Source: Leptogorgia sarmentosa | Taxonomy: Eukaryota | NCBI GenBank assembly: GCA_964658305.1 | Contig: OZ210884.1 | Span: 2,108,001-2,172,000, forward strand | Direction of reading: 5' to 3' | DNA: 64,000 bases | Shown: piece after piece, positions 1 to 9,080 of the stretch | Position numbering within the stretch: the stretch's first letter is position 1 | Layout of the letters: every line of letters begins with the position of its first letter | The notes under the pieces: model-generated | Database searches by the model: none | The model's input: only the letters and a program-made list of their open reading frames with translations | What the model was told of the DNA's origin: nothing | Made by a program: the position numbers and the translations under genes

Positions 1-1
1 T

Positions 2-739
2 TTCACTGGCAACTTGATGCTCAACTCGCAAGTGTTGTGCAAACTCTGGCGACCAGCCCATGCAGTTTTCTACAACGCGGGAGTTCTATTTATGGTTATT
101 ATATCTGTAGTCCGTTTCCAAGCTGTTCTAAAGCCTTTGGAACCTGGCATGCGTCGTTGGAAAGTGAAAATACTGGCTATGTCTGCTTATATATTTGCTA
201 TAGTTTGGACAATTCCTCATGTTCTGGTCCTAAAAATGAATCACACAAGCGAATGCCTAGATGAATGGCCAGTCGAAGAGTTAAATATTTGCTACACTTT
301 ACTTTTATCAGCCGTACAGTATTTTCTTCCAGTGGTTGTTCTTTCAACTTTGTACTGGAAAATATGTATCGCGCTTGTGAGGCAAAACAGAGAAATAAAA
401 CTGTTACGTGCTTCACCTCCAGTGTCAGAACAACAATACTTGTCGCGGTATCAAAGATTTAGACAGCATAGAAATGCTCGCACATTTTCAATCAGTTTTG
501 TTATAGTAATTTGTTTCGCAATGACCGCCGCTCCGAGGCAGATCATTCAAATTCTAGGTAACTGCAAGGTCATTGAGGTCGTGCAATTCTTTGGAGTATC
601 TGCAGTGAATCCATTTATCTACGGAACGCTGGACAGAAAACTTTTCGTTTCTCTTATGAGGAACCTGAGAAAACTAGTACATATACGATGGCCGAGAAGG
701 GCCATTACTATTTTCATGTCATTTTTCCGCAGTGATTGA
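2..739 (+). CDS. Class A (rhodopsin-like) GPCR, TM3-TM7 plus helix 8; 5' part lies outside the window; C-terminal 17 aa derive from an inserted element
   Basis: Frame is open from base 2. Class A landmarks appear in order: LCKLW (TM3 Cys), ISVVRF (DRY position), IVWTIP (TM4), ECL2 Cys (SECLDEW), QYFLPVVVLSTLYWKI (TM5), VICFAMTAAP (TM6), VNPFIY (NPxxY) and an amphipathic helix 8. No intron in the visible part. Confidence 0.9.
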   Translation, partial: FTGNLMLNSQVLCKLWRPAHAVFYNAGVLFMVIISVVRFQAVLKPLEPGMRRWKVKILAMSAYIFAIVWTIPHVLVLKMNHTSECLDEWPVEELNICYTLLLSAVQYFLPVVVLSTLYWKICIALVRQNREIKLLRASPPVSEQQYLSRYQRFRQHRNARTFSISFVIVICFAMTAAPRQIIQILGNCKVIEVVQFFGVSAVNPFIYGTLDRKLFVSLMRNLRKLVHIRWPRRAITIFMSFFRSD

Positions 740-740
740 A

Positions 741-850
741 TTTCACAGTGTCATTTTTTTCTGCGTTGTCATTTTTTTCGCAACGAGTAAAATTTCACAA
801 TGTCATTTTTTTTTGCGTTGTCACTTTTTTTCGTCACGAGTTAAATTTCG
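741..850. repeat. ~52-bp tandem subrepeat x2 in the left arm of the foldback element
   Basis: TTTCACA(G/A)TGTCATTTTTTT..TGCGTTGTCA.TTTTTTTCG..ACGAGT.AAA occurs twice. Confidence 0.85.
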
Positions 851-1395
851 CACGAGATTTCGGTTACAGATCAAAACAACTGCATGTCAACAGGCCAAAA
901 TGTCTGAGGAAAAGGTACGTATTAAATCTATGCTTTATTGTGTTTACTTTAAAGGCTTTATTTTTATGGCCATGGCTGCCTTATAGTTTGATGATTTCCT
1001 AGCAAACAAGAAAGTACTTTTGTCGTCAATAAATAGTAATACATCAGTGTGGCAATGATTAATACGGGGCCGTAATCGTAAATTCACCCATTTTTAGTTT
1101 ATTGGATTCTAGACACCGACATGTGCGCAATAAATTGAACGTAACGGTAGAGGGCTGCCATCAGGTTGTACTTGCTCACTTTGATAATCGCATAAGTTCC
1201 AAATCAAACACAAAAGACGAAGAAAACTATTGCGTAAATCATCAAACTAAAACAGCCATGGCCATAAACACGATAGCCAGACCTTAAAATAAAGCCTTTA
1301 AACTCAATAAAGCATAGATTTAAAACGTACCTTTCCCTCAGACATTTTGGCCTGTTGACATGCAGTTGTTTTGATCTGTAACCGGAAACTCGTGC

Positions 1396-1558
1396 GAAAT
1401 TTAACTCGTGACGAAAAAAAATGACAACGCAGAAAAAAATGACATTGTGAAATTTTACTCGTGGCGAAAAAAATGACAACGCAGAAAAAAATGACACTGT
1501 GAAATTTTACTCGTGGCGAAAAAAATGACAACGCAAAAAGAAATGACAGTATGAAATT
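1396..1558. repeat. ~52-bp tandem subrepeat x3 in the right arm of the foldback element
   Basis: GAAATTT.ACTCGTG.CGAAAAAAATGACAACGCA.AAA.AAATGACA..(G/A)T occurs three times; it is the reverse complement of the left-arm unit. Confidence 0.85.
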
Positions 1559-2324
1559 TAATCACTGCGGAAAAATGACATGAAAATCGTAATGGCCCTT
1601 CTCGGGCATCGTATACATATATGTTGATACTTATTTTTGTATAAACACGTAGGCATGCCTGGGTTCGTTATGCCCTTTATATGCGAAAAGGGACATAATG
1701 AGAGAAATTGTTTCAAGGTAAAAGCGAAGTTTTGCCCCAGTTGTATGCATGCTCACCTCAAGACAAAAGCTGTATCAGTTGTGTCATTATGAAAAAGATG
1801 CACACAGTCTGGAGAATTGTTGCGATATTTCAATATGTTATATATACATGTACATCAGTTCCTTTGCCCATATGAATACTTTTGTGTTAAATATATTACA
1901 ATATGTGTACATCAGTCTCAAAATGCCAGCTGTTTGGTATTTCACTCAAATTAAGCCATCCAGATTATCATTATTATGTTAGCTACTCCTAACTTATGGT
2001 TCCAATGAACTTCCTATATTATAGAATCATTGTCTGACTATTAGTGTTTGGTAAAATTACATGTTGCTAGGAGCATTGCAAAACAGACAAATTCTTTTCA
2101 GAGATTTTTTCTATTAATATTGTGATCACGATCAAACATCTGTATTTACAAAAACGTTTTTATACTTCAGCAGAAACTTTGTTATAGTCGCAGAAATTTC
2201 GAAAGTCGAAACCATAAATTTTCTTTCTGTTTATTTCTGTAAAAATGGCTACATCTCGAAATACGTTTTAATTCTCGGTTCTATATGCAAATTTTCGTCG
2301 GCGCAGTAGGAACAAATGAAACGC

Positions 2325-2422
2325 AAAAATACCTGCCAATGCATGTTTACTTATTATAATTATTTGCTATGGTTTGGACATTGCCATACTTTCTGGTCCT
2401 AAACGTTAATAATCGAAGCCAA
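2325..2422 (+). pseudogene. Decayed fragment (TM4-ECL2) of a paralog of the upstream GPCR
   Basis: 2363-2422 translates FAMVWTLPYFLVLNVNNRSQ, versus FAIVWTIPHVLVLKMNHTSE in the intact ORF, with clear nucleotide similarity (tatttgctatggtttggaca vs tatttgctatagtttggaca; ttctggtcctaaa shared). Flanks lack a continuous frame. Confidence 0.7.
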
Positions 2423-3099
2423 CTATATTGCTGGAGTAGAACGAAAGAAGATGGCTATATTGGTCCAAGCGACTGTTGGCTACATCAACCCCCCTTAGAA
2501 ACCATTTTTAGCTATAGCTAAGATCGATATTAATACTTTGCTTACGTCGTTTGGTGCCAAAGCTTTTCTGGGGAGAGTGGAGGAAAGAAATTTTCCGACT
2601 CGTTTTATTGATTTAAACAACTCGACATCCCATTTTATGGCTAAAACTTTTTAAATCTAAAAAATTCATCAAAAACGACTTGAAATCGAAAATTGACATC
2701 ATTATATTTTATATCCTTGTATTTACATAGGAGTCGCTGTGTATATTTGGAATTAAATTGAAATAATTTTGCTTTCAGTGTATAGTCAAATCATGATAGA
2801 CTGAAAGTTTTCTATGCTCCAATGTAATAGATGAACAGATCGCCAAAGTGACCTTTACGACAACCTCTCATTTTAACGAAATTTTTAGAAGGTTTTTTCA
2901 TGCAATCTCATAAGGCATTTATATATACTATACGATCTTTTAGAATAAACATATCAGTGTCTATGAATAATTAAACTTAATCACTTGTTATTTTTTCTAT
3001 TTTTGGGCAGGTTGAGACGAATATTCTGCATTCACCCTACTGTACAGTATGCATCTAAAAAAGCAAGGTCTCGTTTGAGATTCTGTTTTATTTTTATAG

Positions 3100-4490
3100 C
3101 CTAACAGTCACTATTGTTCTGGCAACACTCCATTATACAAAAGCATCAATGCTCAGCAGTTAACCGAAATTCATTTTAAAAGCAGTGAATAACATCGCAT
3201 TTGACTGTTTTTCTCCTCTAAAAACGTTCTGTCAGTATTCGAAGTGGAAACATAGCAGAATGTCTGGAGCATTGTCTGCAGGACTGTTGGTGTCAGTCGT
3301 TCCAAATTTGTGAAAATGGAAAAATGTCAACTGTGTTCAAGTCACAAGGAAGAGAACAGTTCCTTGCTTCATTACAAAGATGGCTGTGTCTGTGTCACGT
3401 ACGAGATGCATGCAGCAGCCCACGAAACTAATTTTCAGGTCATTCGTCGTTATATTTCTAAACGATACAAACAGATTACGCGTTCCCAGGAAATAGGGAG
3501 TTTAATCCAGGATCCCCTTGGTCACGACATCAAATTTACTAGTTTCAAAATCATTGTCCTGACTACGTGATTCGGAACCGTGTAAACGGGGTCATAATAA
3601 TTATATTCCCACTTTTTTCGGGATGGTTAAAATATCGCGATTAAATCGTGCAATCAATTTTTTTAGGATCTGGACGAGAAGTGTTCAGACATGAGTTGTT
3701 ATTTGTTATTTGTTAACTGTTGTCAACGACCAGGCCGCTATCCCAAAAGTTTCACTTGCTCATGCCGGGATGGTTGCTATGGAGATAGCTGCGACCAGTC
3801 AATCGCGTCTTGCCAAGGATATACTAACGCCCTGTTTACACGAGCAAATTTTATTTGGCAAATTTTATTTGTCACATAAAAGCTAACACGTACGGCAGCT
3901 TTTCAAAAAATGTATTTGCCACACAAAAATTGCCCAATTTTGCTCGTCTACACCGGTACATAAAAATTGTCACATGCGAAATTGTCACATAAAAATTGCT
4001 CGTGTGGAAAGGGCTTAAACGTGTCCGAGAATCAGGCGTCTACAAACTGGTGGGTTCTGATGATGACACAATATTGCGATGTGTACTACCACTTCGATTC
4101 GGACTCTGTGTATGGACTTTGGTGCAGTCTTACAGTTTTGAAAATAGATCTCTCGAATAGTTCAAAAACCTTTTGTTTATTGATATACCTATTAGTCAAA
4201 TGATCGAAGATGGAGCGGTACCGACTTAGCAGTTGGAAAGCTTAGAAAGAGGTCCATCAAAGATAACTCATCTTCTCTTCTGTTCACCTGTGACTATGAA
4301 AAACTGATCAAGTTTAATTTAACTACATAAGACCTCCTGGAAGTTCCGTTACGAAAAATTAGAAGCAGGTCCAAAAGCCTTGATGTTTTGGAAGTTAACG
4401 GAACAACATCGCTGTTTGGTACTGCCGAAGGAAACGATAACATTAGAAAATATAACTAGAGTCATTGTAAGATTTGCCAACAGCTTGACG
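3100..4490 (+). pseudogene. Frameshifted pseudogene of a secreted PAN/apple + EGF + fibrinogen-like modular protein
   Basis: The exon after the AG at 3098-3099 gives IAECLEHCLQDCWCQSFQICENGK, a +1 shift in the A-run at 3320-3324, then CQLCSSHKEENSSLLH..TNFQ. A phase-0 GT..AG intron spans 3439-3666. The next exon gives DLDEKC...FTCSCRDGCYGDSC (EGF CxCx5Gx2C) and SCQGY. After the MITE come SGVYKLV, DVYYHFDSD, WTLVQSYSFENRS and SIKDNSSSLLFTCDYEK, separated by frameshifts and stops. Confidence 0.72.
3828..4015. mobile_element. 188-bp MITE, PIF/Harbinger (Tourist)-like, with TAA target duplication
   Basis: Left end (C)GCCCTGTTTACACGAGCAAATTTTAT resembles the reverse complement of the right end (A)GCCCTTTCCACACGAGCAATTTTTAT. 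TAA at 3825-3827 and 4016-4018. Internal ATTGTCACAT subrepeats. It interrupts the pseudogene exon. Confidence 0.8.
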
Positions 4491-5590
4491 GCTAATATGA
4501 ATTTTCAATGTCTGTTTTTTCTTACTCACCCTGTATTACTGGTTTTACGAGCCATTTTGTGCGGTTTTGTGCTTTTAAGCATTTGTGCTTTTTGTACCAC
4601 TATTGTTTTATCAGTGCCTTGGTCGTGGCTTTTGTCGCATTTTGACCATGTTTCATTGGAGATTTTGTTCTCAAATTTCCTTGCTTATACTTGTGAAATA
4701 TGACTACTATTGATGGTTGAGCTTGCTTTGATTTTGTCGTAACTCATCAAAAGTGCCCCTGGCCTTATTCGCTTGGGTGTAGAACTTTGACATCTTCGGA
4801 AAAACACTTTGTTCATTCTTGCTATGAAAATTTGTTGTTCGCTTGTGAGTTGCACCATTATTAGTTTAGCTGATATGGCAGTTCAATTGTTCGATTAGAA
4901 GCTCCTAAGTTCCCAGGGGTTTGAAATTCTGTGCTTAAGAACAATATGAATATTTTAATAGACACTCCGTAGAGTGGCTTTGTGACGATTGTTTTCTGTT
5001 AGCGGCTGAGCGATAATATTATTGTTTTACATGAATGCACTTTTGAATATTTAAATTTCATCAAACTCTTGTTAGCTAACTGTGGCCACATTGCGACCGC
5101 TTTTGGTTCGGTTCTTTGCCAGAATTAAGTTGATCTAAAGTAATAAGGAAGAGTAGGATGGCCTCCTCCGAAAGAGAACGCGTGTGCTTTGCAATTCGAA
5201 GCCAGCAGGAGCTGGAAATGTGGAAAAGTTGTCGGAAAGGAGTATTCCGGGACCAACACGACGATCGACAAGGTGGGTTTGGGCGTTGTCAGGTTGTGTG
5301 TGTAATAACTGTACAATTAACTTGGGAAAGATAATTTTGAGAATATTTCATGTGCGCACTCTAACACTTCAAAATAAATTTCAATGTTTCGCTTAATGGA
5401 AGGATAGACGATTGGGTATTTTTGCCTTACTGAGCAGCACGTTAAGCGCTACGTCTGTCATCACCCTACTTTGCTTCTTGTTTACACTTGATATCTCATA
5501 TAGCCAATCAAATCTCATGCAACCTCGTTTATGTGGCAAATCGTCCTTGAAAATCGGCTAGTGCAACATCAGTTAAGTATGTAAGTGTTA

Positions 5591-5770
5591 GGCCTAGTTC
5601 AAATGTCGTTGTCGATCCAATCTGAAAGTTCGAAAGCGGGTGTCGGAATTACGACTTTGGATAAAGTTGCATTCAAACGTCGAAGTTTACATAAACCATA
5701 TGATAATATTCCATATCCCCAATGACGGTCACTCAACTCGGATCGATCAAGTTCGATGTCTGAATTAACT
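5591..5770. mobile_element. Degenerate MITE remnant
   Basis: Left GGCCTAGTTCAAATGTCG..TCGATCC loosely matches the reverse complement of the right end (TAATTCAGACATCGAACTTGATCGATCC). A related motif TTCAAACGTCGAAG lies inside. TSD not clean. Confidence 0.4.
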
Positions 5771-5990
5771 AACATTTAGGGTCGACCCACAGTCACGAAG
5801 CATACCAAATTAATAAAATCTAGTTGCTTGTGGGAGCCATTCGAAAATTGATAATTAAAGCGCAGAAATTTGCCTGCAATTCTCTTTTTTATTTAGTCGT
5901 GGCGGTTTATCGAAGGTCAAAATGGATCAGCTTGCACAAACGATTTGTCAAATCCAAGCCAAATTTTTAAAGCTTGTTTGAATGTCAGAG

Positions 5991-6005
5991 CCCCCCCCCC
6001 CCCCC
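5991..6005. repeat. C15 homopolymer
   Basis: Run of 15 C read directly. Confidence 0.9.
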
Positions 6006-6559
6006 TCACTCTTTAATGAACTACTTTAAAGCTATAATGGATGTCCAAAGATAGTCCCCTCTGCAGGATACATATTCAAATCAAAGGCATAGCGGCTGTA
6101 ATTTGACCAAAGTTGACTAGGTATCTCATGGGTGTACAAAGCATAATATTAAAGAATAAGTGATTACTAATTAATCAAAAAACTGCAGCGAAAATCCATC
6201 CTATACGTGCGAGAATTCATAACTTGTAGAAATTTGCATGGACCTCTTCGCTTTTATTATTCAGTCGTGTGAGACTCGTGTAAGTTCATCAACAAGGCAT
6301 GGCCTAATGGTGGTCCAATTGCACAGGGGGATAGTCAAATTCCAATAATTAATCGCGTGAATATGCAGAAAGAAGTCAGTTTTTTTAAACATTTTTCGGA
6401 ATGGCAGAAGTATTTCTAAGAATTCCCCCATCAGAAAAGTTGACCCATTCTGGTTGGAACTGAAGGCAAAACGAAAACATAATTTTATGTGTTTGTGTTG
6501 CTGTTCGTTTTAGAAAGTACTTCAAAAGTACTACAAAATTCCTACTACGTAATGCTTAG

Positions 6560-9080
6560 CACATGGTGATTATTCATGGTAAATTTCAAGACCGTGTGAA
6601 AAAGAAAGGAAACGGCAGAAGCAATCAAGCAATCTCCTCACCTGCTGTGGTAAATTTGCTATCGCTCCAGGTGATATTTGCCTGCAAAACAGCCTACCCC
6701 TCATCATGATGTTGCTCGTATTTCTATTACACGTTTACGAAATTGCTGGTGCACATTGCTCTCGGCATGGTGAATACGCATGGCGAATTTGGCGGGGATA
6801 CCATTCAAAATGGAAGCCACACAGGCAATCAAATCCCTTCACGTGGTATGGTAAATTTTCTATTTCCCTTGCTGAGATTCCTTTCCAATGACAGGTTACT
6901 CATCATCATGCCGTTGCTCGTATTTTTATCACAGGTTTACGAAATTGCTGGTGCACATTACACTTGGCATAGCGAATACGCATGGTAAATTGGGTGAATA
7001 TACCATTCAAAATGGAATCCACAGAAGCAATCAAATCCCTTCACCTGGTATGGTAAATTTGATATTGCTCCTGCTGAGATTCCTCGGAAACAACGGGTTA
7101 CCCATCATCATGCCCTTGCTCGTATTTTTATCACAGGTTTATGAAATTGATAGTGTACATTGCTCTTGGCATCGTGAATACGCATGGTAAATTTGGTGGC
7201 GACACCATTCAAATTCGAAGACACAGAAGCAATCAAATCCCTTCACCTGGTATGGTAAAATTGCTATTGCTCCTGTTCAGATTCGTTTGAAACAACGGGT
7301 TACCCATCATCATGCCCTTGCTCGTATTGTTATCACAGGTTTCCCAAATTGCAGGTGCATATTGCTCTTGGCACGGTGAAAACGCATGGTAAATTTGGTG
7401 GCGACACCACTCAAATTCGAAGCCACAGAAGCAATCAAATCCCTTCACCTGGTATGGTAAATTTGCTGTTGCTCCTTTTCAGATTCGTTTGAAATAAAGG
7501 ATTACCCATGATGATGCCCTTGCTCGTATTGTTATCACAGGTTTCCGAAATTGCAGGTGCGCATTGCTCTTGGCACGGTGAATATGCATGGTAAATTTGG
7601 TGGCGACACCATTCAAATTCGAAGACACAGAAGCAATCAAATCCCTTCACCTGGTATGGTAAAATTGCTATTGCTCCTGTTCAGATTCGTTTGAAATAAA
7701 GGGTTACCCCTGATAATGCCCTTGCTCGTATTGTTATCACAGGTTTCCGAAATTGCAGGTGCACATTGCTCTTTGCACGGTGAATGCGCATGGTAAATTT
7801 GATGGCTACACCATTCAAATTCGAAGCCAAAGAAGCAATCAAATCCCTTCACCTGGTATGGTAAATTTGCTATTGCTCCTGTTCAGATTCGTTTGAAATA
7901 AAGGGTTACCCATCATCATGCCCTTGCTCGTATTCTTATCACAGGTTTCCCAAATTGCAGGTGCACATTGCTCTTGGCACGTTGAATACGCATGGTAAAT
8001 TTGGTGGCGACACCATCCAAATTCGAAGCCACAGAAGCAATCAAATCTCTTTACCTGGTATGGTAAATTTGCTATTGCTCCTATTCAGATTCGTTTGAAA
8101 CAACGGGTTACCTATCATCATGCGCTTGCTCGTATTTTTATCACAGGTTTACGAAATTGATGGCGAACATTACCCATGGCATAGTGAATAAGCATGGTAA
8201 ATTTGGTGGCGATACCATTCAAAATGGAAGCCACAGAAGCAATCAAATCCCTTCACCTGGTATGGTAAATTTGATATTGCTCCTGCTGAGATTCCTCGGA
8301 AACAACGGGTTACCCATCATCATGCCCTTGCTCGTATTTTTATCCCAGGTTTACCAAATTTTCGCTACACATTGCTCGTGGCATGGTGAATACGCATGAT
8401 AAATTTGGTGGCGACACCATTCAAAATGGAAGCCACAGAAGCAATCAAGTCCCTTCACCTGGTATGGTATATTTGCCATTGCTCCTAGTGAGATTCCTTT
8501 GAAACAACGGGTTAACCATCATCATGCCCTTGCTCGTCTTTTTATCACAGGTTTACGAAATTTTCGCTGCACATTGACCTTTACACGGTGAATAGGCATG
8601 ATAAATTTGGTAGCTACACCATTCAAAATGGAAGCCAGAGAAGCAATCAAGTCCCTTCACCTAGTATGGTATATTTGCTATTGCTCCTTTTGAGATTCCT
8701 GTGAAACAACTCGTTACCCATCATCATGCCCTTGCTCGTATTTTTATCCCAGGTTGACGAAATTTTTGCTACACATTGCCCTGGCATGGTAATTACGCAT
8801 GGTAAATTTGGTGGCGACAACATTGAAAATGGAAGCCACAGAAGCAATCTAGTCCCTTAACCTGGTATGGTATATTTGCTATTGCTCCTGGTGAGATTCC
8901 TTTGAAACAACGGGTTACCCATCATCATGCCCTTGCTCGTATTTTTATCACAGGTTTACGAACTTTTCGCTGCACATTGCCCTTTACACGGCGAATAGGC
9001 ATGATAAATTTGGTAGCGACACCATTCAAAATGGAAGCCAGAGAAGCAATCAAGTCCCTTCACCTTGTATGGTATATTTG
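6560..9080 (+). repeat. Diverged edge of satellite array, ~12 monomers of 202 bp
   Basis: Period 202 (repeat ORFs at 7233/7435/7637); single GCTATT; similarity to the consensus falls off toward 6560. Confidence 0.92.

Larger units (their letters stand above)
684..1613. mobile_element. Non-autonomous foldback-type DNA transposon with long terminal inverted repeats and a probable 6-bp TSD (TACATA)
   Basis: Left end TACGATGGCCGAGAAGGGCCATTACTATTTTCATGTCATTTTTCCGCAGTGAT matches the reverse complement of 1561-1613 with 2 mismatches. Inverted similarity continues over ~684-997 and ~1237-1613. TACATA flanks both sides (678-683 and 1614-1619). No transposase ORF. Confidence 0.9.

Noticed and set aside
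732..1531. Phe-rich ORFs 732-986, 736-1002, 1204-1497 and 1304-1531
   Set aside because: Mirror-image translations of the T-rich subrepeats in the foldback arms.
1749..1982. 77-aa ORF, and similarly the short ORFs at 4380-4703 and 5125-5396
   Set aside because: No recognisable motifs; lengths consistent with chance in AT-rich DNA.
3460..3597. Possible MITE end (GTGTAAACGGGGTC) inside the pseudogene intron
   Set aside because: No convincing left TIR or TSD.
4495..4860. Tc1/mariner-like end (CTCACCCTG-TA at ~4525-4535) and minus-strand MVQLTSEQQIFI resembling a transposase start
   Set aside because: No partner TIR, the two signals are not oriented as one element, and no catalytic domain follows.
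7282..7299. CENP-B-box-like TTCGTTTGAAAC(AAC)GGG in edge monomers
   Set aside because: Spacing is 3 bp too long, core monomers have TTCC instead of TTCG, and the CENP-B box system is established in mammals; probably coincidental.
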